From NCBI GenBank assembly GCA_009995225.1, contig JAACPW010000011.1:30447-94446 (forward strand): 64,000 nucleotides of DNA, in the 5' to 3' direction. Of the stretch, positions 9,601 through 18,174 are shown in pieces. The notes beneath the pieces were generated by a model. That model was not told the DNA's origin. It saw nothing but the letters and a program-made list of their open reading frames with translations, and made no database searches. Each line of letters opens with the position of its first letter. Within the stretch, counting starts at the first letter, position 1. The position numbers were made by a program, and so were the translations under genes. The stretch is from Sphingomonadales bacterium (GTDB lineage Bacteria; Pseudomonadota; Alphaproteobacteria; Sphingomonadales; Sphingomonadaceae).

Positions 9601-10413
9601 ATGAGCGAAACCCTTGTTGCGATCCTGCTCGGCATCCTTGAAGGACTGACCGAATTTTTGCCCGTGTCATCGACCGGGCACCTGATCCTCGCGTCCGAGC
9701 TGTTCGGCTATGACGCTGCGCAGTGGGCGCAGTTCAACGTGGTGATCCAGCTGGGCGCGATTCTGGCGGTGGTGGTGACCTATTTCCGCTATTTGTGGGG
9801 CATGTTCCTCGGCCTGCTCAAATGGGAGCGGACATCGGTTTTGTTTGTGCGCAATCTGCTCATCGGCTTCACGCCCGCTGCGGTGATCGGGCTGCTGGCC
9901 AAGGATCAGATCTTCGCGCTGCTGGAAAGTCCGCTGGTGGTCGCCTGGGCACTGCTGGTGGGCGGGTTCGCGATGATCGGCCTCGAAAAAGCCGTGCGTC
10001 CCGGCGAGGACGGCGGCGTAGCGGCGATCCCCTTGAAGAAGGTCATCGGCATCGGGTTTATCCAGTGCCTTGCGATGATTCCCGGAACCAGCCGTTCAGG
10101 CGCAACCATCCTTGGCGCGCTGGCAATGGGCGTGGGGCGCAAAACCGCCGCCGAATTCAGCTTCTTTCTGGCCGTGCCGACAATGCTCGGCGCCGCAACG
10201 GTGAAGATCCTGTCCGATCCGGCCGGATTGAGCGAAGGGGTGGCCCTGGTTGGCTGGCAGGAAATCGCGATCGGTCTTGTGGCTGCATTTCTGGCCGCAA
10301 TGGTCGTGATCCGCGCTTTTGTGACCTATGTCAGCCGGTTTGGATTTGCGCCATTTGCCTATTACCGCATCGTCATCGGCGGCGCCGCGCTGGTGTGGTT
10401 GCTGACGCGCTGA
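9601..10413 (+). CDS. uppP: Undecaprenyl-diphosphate phosphatase
   Basis: GILEGLTEFLPVSSTGHL and PGTSRSGATI motifs. Confidence 0.95.
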   Translation: MSETLVAILLGILEGLTEFLPVSSTGHLILASELFGYDAAQWAQFNVVIQLGAILAVVVTYFRYLWGMFLGLLKWERTSVLFVRNLLIGFTPAAVIGLLAKDQIFALLESPLVVAWALLVGGFAMIGLEKAVRPGEDGGVAAIPLKKVIGIGFIQCLAMIPGTSRSGATILGALAMGVGRKTAAEFSFFLAVPTMLGAATVKILSDPAGLSEGVALVGWQEIAIGLVAAFLAAMVVIRAFVTYVSRFGFAPFAYYRIVIGGAALVWLLTR

Positions 10414-10509
10414 CGCGCCCCCTTCGGAACCACCCGGCGGCTTGCTGGTTTAAGGGCGAGGCGGGTCTGCGGGCCATCGGCGCCGATGGTGATGGAGAAA
10501 TCGGGTAAA

Positions 10510-10773
10510 ATGGCCTTGCTGGTGTTGATCATTTTGGGGGTAACGCTGGGTTGGCTGGCCTCGATCATCGCCCGGACCGAAGCGCCTGGAACGATTTTGC
10601 GGCAGATTGCACTCGGCATGATTGTATCGGTGATCGCCGGCGCCATCGCCAATGAAGGCACCATGATCGGCAGCCTTTCGATCCTCAGCCTCGGAATTGC
10701 GCTGGCAGCCACTGGTGTGGCGCTGGTGCTCTATCATGCACTGCGCTTGCGAAAATCCGATTCGCGTGCATGA
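10510..10773 (+). CDS. GlsB/YeaQ/YmgE (transglycosylase-associated)-like small membrane protein
   Basis: Three hydrophobic segments with a GWLAS.I motif; start uncertain (10486, 10492 or 10510). Confidence 0.6.
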   Translation: MALLVLIILGVTLGWLASIIARTEAPGTILRQIALGMIVSVIAGAIANEGTMIGSLSILSLGIALAATGVALVLYHALRLRKSDSRA

Positions 10774-10865
10774 ATTTTTGTTCAGGTATGGAACTTTCCC
10801 CCGAAATGGCTCTATAGGCTCATTCGGCAGGTCGTCGCCTGCCAGCCAGTTTTATGGAGAGCGTT

Positions 10866-11135
10866 ATGAAGTTCACGTCCAAGCACACTGCCTTCTTTGC
10901 CGCCGCAGCCCTCGGTCTGTCGCTCGCTGCCTGCGAAGGCCCGAACGAAGAAGCCATGGAAGAGCAGGGTGACGCCATGGTCGAAGGCGTAGAAGCTGAA
11001 GCCGACGCCATGGAAGATGCCGGCCAGATCACCGACGCTCAGGAAGATGCGATGGTCGACAACGCCGAAGCCAAGGCTGAAAACATGGAAGAAACCGGCG
11101 AAGCCATGGATGATGGCGCAGCCGTCGCTCAGTAA
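10866..11135 (+). CDS. Small acidic lipoprotein, hypothetical
   Basis: Lipobox LAAC; GGAG RBS; E/D/A/M-rich body; followed by a terminator. Confidence 0.75.
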   Translation: MKFTSKHTAFFAAAALGLSLAACEGPNEEAMEEQGDAMVEGVEAEADAMEDAGQITDAQEDAMVDNAEAKAENMEETGEAMDDGAAVAQ

Positions 11136-11179
11136 TTCGTCAGACCTGTTGGCCCTTAACGGCTTGCAGCACGACAAGG

Positions 11180-11214
11180 CGGCCTGGAACTTCGGTTCCG
11201 GGCCGTTTTCTTTT
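11180..11214. terminator. Terminator hairpin between convergent genes
   Basis: CGGCCTGGAAC-TTCG-GTTCCGGGCCG with a cUUCGg loop, followed by TTTTCTTTT. Confidence 0.85.
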
Positions 11215-11218
11215 GCGC

Positions 11219-12157
11219 TCAGACAGGTTTTGCGCCGCTGCCGCGTCCGCCGCGCAGGTGATACTGCTGCGTCCCCCGATGCAGCACATTATCGACATCG
11301 ATCACCGCGCTGTTGGCATAAGTGAAGCCTGCCGGGAGGCTGCGATAAAGCCGGTCGAAATCGCGCTCCACCGTCTGACGGTAAAGATCTTCGAAGCTGG
11401 GGATCACGAAATAGGTCGGCTGCAGATCGCTGATGACGTAATCGGTGCGCATCACGCGATCGACATTGAGCATGATGCGGTTGGGGCTTTGCGCCTCCAC
11501 CGCGAAGCGGGCCTCGGTCGGCCCTGACAGAATTCCGGCACCGTAAGCGCGCACTTCCCCTGCTTCCTCGATGAGCCCGAATTCGACCGTGTACCAATAC
11601 AAAGCGCCCAACGCCTTGAGGCGGTTATACCGCATCGCCTTCCACCCGGCGCGGCCATATTCCTGCATATAGTCGGCATAGGTCGGGTCGGTCAGCATCG
11701 GCACGTGGCCGAACACATCGTGGAAAACGTCAGGCTCCTCGATATAGTCGAACGTTTCGCGGGTGCGGATGAAATTGCCTGCGGGGAATCGGCGGTTGGC
11801 CAGATGCCAGAAAAACACGTGGTCGGGGATCAGCATCGGGACCGGCACCACGCTCCACCCGGTCAATGCGCCCAGTTCTTCCGACAGCACGCCGAATTCC
11901 GGCACGCCCCCGCGCCCCAGGTCAAGCTTTTCCAGTCCGGCCAGGAAGGCGGTGCACGCCCGGTTCGGAAGAACCTCGATCTGGCGGACGAAAAGATCGT
12001 TCCAGACCGCGTCATCTTCTGATGTGTAGGCGGTTTGCGCCGGTTCCAGCCAGTCTTCGCCCACATGCGCCGGCTTGGCGAGCGGCGCGGTGAAGACATC
12101 GCCCGTCATTTCAGGCAGGGTGGCAAAATCGGGCTGGAGATCTGCAAGTGTGGCCAT
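11219..12157 (-). CDS. phhA: Phenylalanine 4-monooxygenase
   Basis: EEPDVFHDVFGHVP iron-binding motif, LYWYTVEFGL, YGAGILS. Confidence 0.92.
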   Translation of the reverse strand: MATLADLQPDFATLPEMTGDVFTAPLAKPAHVGEDWLEPAQTAYTSEDDAVWNDLFVRQIEVLPNRACTAFLAGLEKLDLGRGGVPEFGVLSEELGALTGWSVVPVPMLIPDHVFFWHLANRRFPAGNFIRTRETFDYIEEPDVFHDVFGHVPMLTDPTYADYMQEYGRAGWKAMRYNRLKALGALYWYTVEFGLIEEAGEVRAYGAGILSGPTEARFAVEAQSPNRIMLNVDRVMRTDYVISDLQPTYFVIPSFEDLYRQTVERDFDRLYRSLPAGFTYANSAVIDVDNVLHRGTQQYHLRGGRGSGAKPV

Positions 12158-12211
12158 ATCGTTGCAGGTGATACTACCTTCTGGCAGCGTGCACAAACAA
12201 AGGAGCGGCCC

Positions 12212-12988
12212 ATGGGGATGAAGCGCAAGGAATATGAGGCGGCGCTCGAACCGTTGAGCCTCGAACTGGTCAGCATGGCACGCTGGGCCAAAACGACCGG
12301 CGCACGGATCGTGGTGCTGTTCGAAGGCCGCGACACTGCGGGCAAGGGCGGCGCGATCACCGCGGTGCGCGACAAGCTTAATCCGCGTCAGTGCCGGACA
12401 GTTGCGCTTCCCAAACCCACCGAGATCGAAGCGAGCCAGTGGTATTTCCAGCGGTATGTCCCGCACCTGCCAGCCGCGGGCGAGATCGTGCTGTTCGACC
12501 GGTCATGGTACAACAGGGCAGGCGTCGAAAAGGTGATGGGTTATGCGTCCGATGCCGAGGTTGCGGCCTTCCTCACGGCGGCGCCAGCCTTCGAAAAGAT
12601 GCTGGTTGATGATGGCATCCTGCTGTTCAAATACTGGCTCACCACCGATCAGGCGCAGCAGGAAGAACGGCTGCGCGAACGGCTGGAGGATCCGCTGAAA
12701 CGCTGGAAGCTATCCCCGATCGATTTGGCGGCACGGGGGAAATACACCGAATACACAAAGGCGCGCGATGCGATGCTGAAAGCGACCCACACGAAACACG
12801 CGCCGTGGACGCTGGTCGATTTCAACGATCAGCGGCGCGGACGGCTGACACTGGTCAGCGATCTGCTCAGCCGCGTCCCCGATACGCACGAAGCCCCCGG
12901 CGCAATCGACTTTCCCGACCTGAAAAAACCGCCGGTGAAGGAAAGTTACAAGGTGCTCAAGCCGATCACCGATTACCCGCTGGATTAG
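12212..12988 (+). CDS. ppk2: Polyphosphate kinase 2
   Basis: FEGRDTAGKGG, FDRSWYNRAG, RWKLSP motifs; AGGAG RBS at 12201. Confidence 0.93.
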   Translation: MGMKRKEYEAALEPLSLELVSMARWAKTTGARIVVLFEGRDTAGKGGAITAVRDKLNPRQCRTVALPKPTEIEASQWYFQRYVPHLPAAGEIVLFDRSWYNRAGVEKVMGYASDAEVAAFLTAAPAFEKMLVDDGILLFKYWLTTDQAQQEERLRERLEDPLKRWKLSPIDLAARGKYTEYTKARDAMLKATHTKHAPWTLVDFNDQRRGRLTLVSDLLSRVPDTHEAPGAIDFPDLKKPPVKESYKVLKPITDYPLD

Positions 12989-13836
12989 AGCGCGGCGCTC
13001 GCCTGCATCACCGGCCGCCCGTCGCCTGCAAAGGCGGCAAGGTCGGATCCAGTCTCGCCCTTGCGCATCACCAAGTGCAGCGGCTCGCCCGCGATGGCGG
13101 GAGACAGGCCCCGGAAGGCAAAGCGGCGCACCCGGTTTTCGCCCAGTTCACCCGCCGCCAGCTGCAACAGCAGGCTCGCGGTCAGTGGGCCGTGAACCAC
13201 CAGCCCGCGATAACGCTCAACCGCTTGCGCATAGGGCGCGTCGTAGTGGATGCGGTGGGTGTTGAAGGTCAGCGCCGAATAGCGAAACAGCAGCCGCGCA
13301 TCGGGCGTGATAGCGCGGTGCGCGTCCCAATCGGAAGGATCGAACCGCCCATCCCCCGGTGGCGGCGGGCTGAGCAGCGCATCGGGTGCAGCCGCATCGC
13401 GATAAACCAGCGTCTGCGTTTCGATCACCGCCAGCGTGCCATTGGCGCGCGTGTGATGCTCGACATCGACGAAGGCGAGCCGCCCGGAGCCGCCCTCTTT
13501 CTCGCTGACCGACGTGACCCGGCTCGTGCGCGCGATCACGGCGCCAATGGCGATCGGGGCGTGGAAGGCGATTTTGGAAGACGCCCACATCCGGCGCGGC
13601 ATCGGGAAAGGGGGGAGGAAGCTATCGGCGCTTTCGTCCCGCGCCGGGTGGCCGTCTTCGCCAAGATTGAGAGTGGGCGCCTCAGGGGTGCAGAGCGCAA
13701 AGTGAACGCCCTGCGGCATGATCGCAGGGTTCGGGCGCGGCAGATCGAAGGTGGCAAGCCAGCGCGCGGCCAGCCCGTCATCCAGCCGGTCGCTGGTGTG
13801 CTGCTCTCGCCCGATCCAGGCGCTGACATCGGTCAT
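12985..13836 (-). CDS. Double hot-dog (MaoC/HTD2) acyl-CoA hydratase, mesaconyl-C4-CoA/itaconyl-CoA hydratase-like
   Basis: DGHP...FLPP...PRRMWA, LLFRYSALTFNTHRIHYD, LVVHGPL motifs. Confidence 0.8.
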   Translation of the reverse strand: MTDVSAWIGREQHTSDRLDDGLAARWLATFDLPRPNPAIMPQGVHFALCTPEAPTLNLGEDGHPARDESADSFLPPFPMPRRMWASSKIAFHAPIAIGAVIARTSRVTSVSEKEGGSGRLAFVDVEHHTRANGTLAVIETQTLVYRDAAAPDALLSPPPPGDGRFDPSDWDAHRAITPDARLLFRYSALTFNTHRIHYDAPYAQAVERYRGLVVHGPLTASLLLQLAAGELGENRVRRFAFRGLSPAIAGEPLHLVMRKGETGSDLAAFAGDGRPVMQASAAL

Positions 13837-15059
13837 CCGGCGCGCTCGAACACCGCCGCAATGCCCTGTCCGCCGCCGATGCACATGGTTTCCAGCCCGT
13901 AGCGCGCACTGCGCCGGTGCATCTCGTGCGCCATGTCGGCCAGGATTCGACCGCCCGTCGCGCCAATGGGATGGCCCAGGCTGATCCCCGAGCCATTGAC
14001 GTTGAGCATCTCCAGGCGCGAATCGTCGTCCGACCAGCCCCAGCCCTTGAGCACGGCAAGCACCTGCGGCGCGAAAGCTTCGTTGAGTTCGACCATGCCG
14101 ATATCGTCCCAGCTATAGCCGCGTCGCGCGAACAGGCGCTCCACCGCGGGCACCGGGCCGATCCCCATGCGCGACGGATCGCAGCCCGCCGCCGCCCAGC
14201 CGCCGAACCACAGCATCGGGGTGAGGCCCATTTCCTCCAGCTTGTCTTCCGCAACCACGAGGCAGGCGGCCGCCGCATCGTTCTGCTGGCTGGCATTGCC
14301 GGCGGTAACGATGGCATCAGGATCGCGCTTGCCATCAATGGCGTAAAGCTTGCCTAGCGATTCGAGCGTCGCATCGGCGCGGTAGCCTTCATCGTGGTCG
14401 AACACCACGGGATCGCCTTTGCGCTGGGGGATCGCGACGGGCACCAGTTGCTCGGCAAATTTGCCGTCAGCCCAGGCCCGCGCTGCGTTCTGGTGGCTGC
14501 GCACCGCGAACTCATCCGCTGCCTCGCGGGTGATGCCGTAATCCTTCGCGAGGTTCTCGGCGGTTTCGATCATTCCGGTGATGACGCCGAAGCGTTCGAC
14601 CGGCTGGCTCATCACCCGCCCCCGGCTGAGGCGATCATGCAGCGTGATATCGCCCATCCGCGCCCCGCCGCGCCCTTGCAAGGTGTAGTGTTCAACATTC
14701 GACATGCTTTCCACGCCGCCCGCCACGACGACATCGGCCATCCCCGTTTCCACCATCATCGCCGCCGTCGCCACCGCCTGCACGCCCGATCCGCAGCGGC
14801 GATCAAGCTGGAAGCCGGGGACTTCGAGGGGGAGGCCCGCCGCCAGCCAGCTCCAGTGACCGATCGCGGGCGCCTCGCCATTGCCATAGCCCTGGCTGAA
14901 CACCACGTCATCAACCCGCGCCGGATCGATGCCGCTGCGCTCCATCAGCGCCTTGAGGATCACCGCGCCGAGCTGCCCGGCGTTCATGCTGGAAAGCCCG
15001 CCGAGGAACTTCCCCACCGGGGTGCGTAGTGGGGTGCAGATGGCGGCGCGTCTGGTCAT
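13833..15059 (-). CDS. Acetyl-CoA C-acyltransferase (thiolase)
   Basis: RTPVGKF, RRCGSG (catalytic Cys), NEAFA, GHPIGATG, MCIGGGQG motifs; start MTRRAAI. Confidence 0.93.
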   Translation of the reverse strand: MTRRAAICTPLRTPVGKFLGGLSSMNAGQLGAVILKALMERSGIDPARVDDVVFSQGYGNGEAPAIGHWSWLAAGLPLEVPGFQLDRRCGSGVQAVATAAMMVETGMADVVVAGGVESMSNVEHYTLQGRGGARMGDITLHDRLSRGRVMSQPVERFGVITGMIETAENLAKDYGITREAADEFAVRSHQNAARAWADGKFAEQLVPVAIPQRKGDPVVFDHDEGYRADATLESLGKLYAIDGKRDPDAIVTAGNASQQNDAAAACLVVAEDKLEEMGLTPMLWFGGWAAAGCDPSRMGIGPVPAVERLFARRGYSWDDIGMVELNEAFAPQVLAVLKGWGWSDDDSRLEMLNVNGSGISLGHPIGATGGRILADMAHEMHRRSARYGLETMCIGGGQGIAAVFERAG

Positions 15060-16288
15060 GCTCTGTCCTTGTCTGAAAGTGCCACGGTCCCGGCATCCAC
15101 CAGCTTGCCGATCGCGCCGGAGGAAAGCCCCAGCTTTTCGGCCAGCACCTCTTCCGAATGCTGCCCGAGAAACGGTGCCGGCGCAGGATCGCCCGCGTCC
15201 CGCCCTGAAAGGTTGGCAAAGGAGCGGGTAGCCGGGTAATCGAAGCCCGAAGGGTTGGCAGGCGCCGGGCCGAACAGCGGGTTGTCCGCCACCAGCGCCG
15301 GATCGTTCGCAGCCTCGAAGGCGGTGCGATAGCGTTCGAAGGTGCACGCCTGTGCGGTAAGGCGGGCTTCGATATCGGCATAGTCCATCATGTCCGCAGC
15401 GCCTTGGAACAGCGCGAACAATTCGGCCCGGTGCTGGAACCGCGGTGTGTCCCCGTCGGCAAACTTCACGCCATATTCGGCCTCCAGCACGCCGATGCCG
15501 CCTTCGACCCCGAAGGCTTTCACCAATCCGCTCCACTGCTTGGGCGTCAGCGCCGCGACCATGAAGCGCACCCCGTCACGGCTGCGGAAATCGCGCCCGA
15601 ACGCGCCCCAGATCGCGTTGCCCAGCCGTTCGCGGTCCCCGCCGCGATACAGCACTTCCGCCATCAGCCCGGCGTTGGCCATCGTGCCGATTGCCACATC
15701 GCCCAGCGGCAGGCGCACTTCGCTGCCCTCACCCGTCTTGTCACGGTGGCGCAGCGCGGCGAGCAAGGCGAAGGCGCCGTAGGCTCCAGTGATGAAGTCC
15801 CACGCGGGCAATACCTGATTGACCGGCGGCGCGGTGGCCGGATCCCAGTCTTCTGGCCCGCACATCAGCGGGTAGCCGGCAGCGGCATTGACCGTGAAAT
15901 CCATCGCCTGACGGCCATCGTGCCATCCCATGACGCGCAAGCTGACCATGTCGGCGCGTCGGGCCTGCATCGCCGCATGGCTCAGGAAGCTCTTTTCCGG
16001 CAGGTTGGTGATGCACTGGCCGACCGCGCTCGCCAGCTCCACCAGCAATTCGCGCCCCTCGCCCGATTGCAGATCGAGCGCGACCGATTTCTTGGCGCGG
16101 TTGAGGTTCTCCCAGGAAAGCGAACGTCCCTCGCGCGTCAGCATGTAGCGGTTGTAATCCAGCCCGCCCGCTGTGTGATCGACGCGGATCACCTCTGCAC
16201 CCATCTGCGCGCAATAGAGGCCCGCCGTGGGCGAGGCGACGAAGCTGGAGACCTCGACGATGCTCAGGTCATTGAGGAGGTTGTACAC
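15056..16288 (-). CDS. Family III CoA transferase, mesaconyl-CoA C1-C4 transferase (Mct)-like
   Basis: CaiB/BaiF motifs (GAEVIRVD, LNRAKKSVALDL, APFLGQHSEEVL) plus Mct-type segments GGLDY, VNQVLPAWD, GAFGRDF; GTG start. Confidence 0.8.
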   Translation of the reverse strand: MYNLLNDLSIVEVSSFVASPTAGLYCAQMGAEVIRVDHTAGGLDYNRYMLTREGRSLSWENLNRAKKSVALDLQSGEGRELLVELASAVGQCITNLPEKSFLSHAAMQARRADMVSLRVMGWHDGRQAMDFTVNAAAGYPLMCGPEDWDPATAPPVNQVLPAWDFITGAYGAFALLAALRHRDKTGEGSEVRLPLGDVAIGTMANAGLMAEVLYRGGDRERLGNAIWGAFGRDFRSRDGVRFMVAALTPKQWSGLVKAFGVEGGIGVLEAEYGVKFADGDTPRFQHRAELFALFQGAADMMDYADIEARLTAQACTFERYRTAFEAANDPALVADNPLFGPAPANPSGFDYPATRSFANLSGRDAGDPAPAPFLGQHSEEVLAEKLGLSSGAIGKLVDAGTVALSDKDRA

Positions 16289-17491
16289 TCAGGCCCCCGC
16301 CGCCCACTCACGCAGCATGTGCTTGGCAATCTGCAATTGCAGGATCTGGGTCGTGCCTTCGTAAATGCGGTAGATGCGCGCATCACGGAAGAAGCGTTCG
16401 GCATCGTATTCTGCCAGATAGCCCGCGCCGCCATAGACCTGCACCACCCGGTCGACCACGCGGCCGCACATTTCGCTGGCAAAGACCTTGAAGGCGGCGG
16501 CCTTGACCAGAATGTTCTCGCCCCGGTCGGCGCGCGCAGTGACATCGGCCATCATGCTTTCGGCCGCATAGATCTCGATCTCGCTGTCGGCGAGCATCGC
16601 CTGGATCAGCTGGAAATTGGCGATGGGTTCGCCGAAGGCCTTGCGTTCATTGGCATAACGCAGTGCCGAATCGAGCGCGCGCCGCGCATAGCCGGTCGCC
16701 GCCGCGCCTACGGAAATGCGGCCGTTATCCAAACTCTTCATCGCAAAGACGAAGCCCTTGCCGGTCTCGCCGCCCAGCAACGCATCGCCCGGCACATGCA
16801 CATCGTCGAGCATGATGTCCGAAATATGCGATCCGGCCTGCCCCATCTTCCTGTCGGGCGATCCGGTCGAAACGCCCGGCGCATTCATCGGGACGAGGAA
16901 CGCCGAGACGTGGGCGTTCTTGGGCAGGGCTTCCTTGTTGGTGCGCGCCATGATCAGCGCGACATCGGCGTGCGGCGCGTTGGTGATGTAACGCTTGGTG
17001 CCGTTGAGGATCCAGCCATTGCCTTGCGTGTCGGGCACTGCGGTTGTCTGAAGGCCCGCACTGTCGCTGCCCGAGCCCGGTTCGGTCAGGCCGAAACACG
17101 CGATCTTCCCTTCGGCGATCTGCGGATACCATTCTTCCTTCTGCGCCTGCGTCGCGCCGTTCTTCAGCGCGCTCGAAAACATCCCGACATTGATCGAGAA
17201 GATCGAGCGATAGGCCGGCGCGGCATAGGCCATGATGTTCACCACGCGCGCATACTGCGTCATGTTGAGCCCCGCGCCGCCGAATTCCTCGGGCACGGAG
17301 AGGCCGAACAGCCCCATATCGCGCATCTCGTTCACGATCGCGTCGGGAATGCGGTCTTCGGCGATCACCTGCGCCTCGGCCGGAAGCAACCGTTCGCGGA
17401 CGTAACGCTGCAACTGCTCGGCGAATTGTTCGAAGGTGTCCTCGTCCATTCCGGTGTTAGCAGGCGCGGCGAGCGTGGTGGGAGCATTCAT
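16289..17491 (-). CDS. Acyl-CoA dehydrogenase
   Basis: FGLTEPGSGSD, LNGTKRYITN, RKAFGEPI, GGAGY, RIYEGT motifs; start MNAPTT. Confidence 0.93.
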   Translation of the reverse strand: MNAPTTLAAPANTGMDEDTFEQFAEQLQRYVRERLLPAEAQVIAEDRIPDAIVNEMRDMGLFGLSVPEEFGGAGLNMTQYARVVNIMAYAAPAYRSIFSINVGMFSSALKNGATQAQKEEWYPQIAEGKIACFGLTEPGSGSDSAGLQTTAVPDTQGNGWILNGTKRYITNAPHADVALIMARTNKEALPKNAHVSAFLVPMNAPGVSTGSPDRKMGQAGSHISDIMLDDVHVPGDALLGGETGKGFVFAMKSLDNGRISVGAAATGYARRALDSALRYANERKAFGEPIANFQLIQAMLADSEIEIYAAESMMADVTARADRGENILVKAAAFKVFASEMCGRVVDRVVQVYGGAGYLAEYDAERFFRDARIYRIYEGTTQILQLQIAKHMLREWAAGA

Positions 17492-17535
17492 GGTGGGATT
17501 CGTCCTTGAACGGGAAGGCGGGCGGGGGCGTGTGC

Positions 17536-17757
17536 CTAGTTGCGCGTGGGCGCAGGAGGTTCCGGGTCGACCGGCACATCGGTGAGCGGTTCCGCCGGGA
17601 CGGCCTCGGGCGGCAAACGACGCTCGTCGAGCATCGAGGCAGCATCTTCCAGCGCCTTCGCCTCGCCCGGGCTGACCTCGCCGGGCGCGCTCGCCCCTTC
17701 GTCCCCGCACGCAGCAAGGCAAAGGGCAAGGCACACGGCGATGGGCCAGCGCAGCAC
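17536..17757 (-). CDS. Small lipoprotein, hypothetical
   Basis: Lipobox LAAC; GEAKALEDAASMLD core; Pro-rich tail. Confidence 0.6.
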   Translation of the reverse strand: MLRWPIAVCLALCLAACGDEGASAPGEVSPGEAKALEDAASMLDERRLPPEAVPAEPLTDVPVDPEPPAPTRN

Positions 17758-17765
17758 GGCGTTGC

Positions 17766-18065
17766 TTATTCGGCCGGGGCTTCAGCGGCGGCCGCGGCTT
17801 CGGCGGCAACATTGGCAGCAGCATCACCTGCAGCAGTGGCACCGGCTTCCGGCGTTTCCACAGCGCCCGGCGCATCGGTCACGGTGGCGGAAGGATCGGC
17901 GACCGGCGCTTCCTCGATCGGGGCAAGCGCAGCATCGGCGGGCATTTCCACCGTATCGGCGCTCACTTCGGTCGAAGCGTCATCGGCGCTGCCGCAGGCA
18001 GAAAGTAGCAAGGCAGCGCCGGAAAGGGCGGCCAGGGAGGTGGGCAGGGCAAAAACATTACGCAT
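17766..18065 (-). CDS. Small Ala/Glu-rich lipoprotein, hypothetical
   Basis: Lipobox LSAC; low-complexity acidic body. Confidence 0.7.
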   Translation of the reverse strand: MRNVFALPTSLAALSGAALLLSACGSADDASTEVSADTVEMPADAALAPIEEAPVADPSATVTDAPGAVETPEAGATAAGDAAANVAAEAAAAAEAPAE

Positions 18066-18174
18066 CGGATTGGTCCTTGTGTGGGTCACGTGATCGCGAG
18101 GGGTTTAGCCAAGCCTTGGGGGATACGCCAAGCGGCAAATGGTGTCTTAACCATTGCCGGCTATCTTGCCGCGC

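Noticed and set aside
15404-17509. Long plus-strand ORFs antisense to real genes (e.g. 15404-17509, 29130-31085, 31082-33301, 41095-43629)
   Set aside because: Typical high-GC shadow frames with no family motifs; the opposite strand carries clearly conserved proteins
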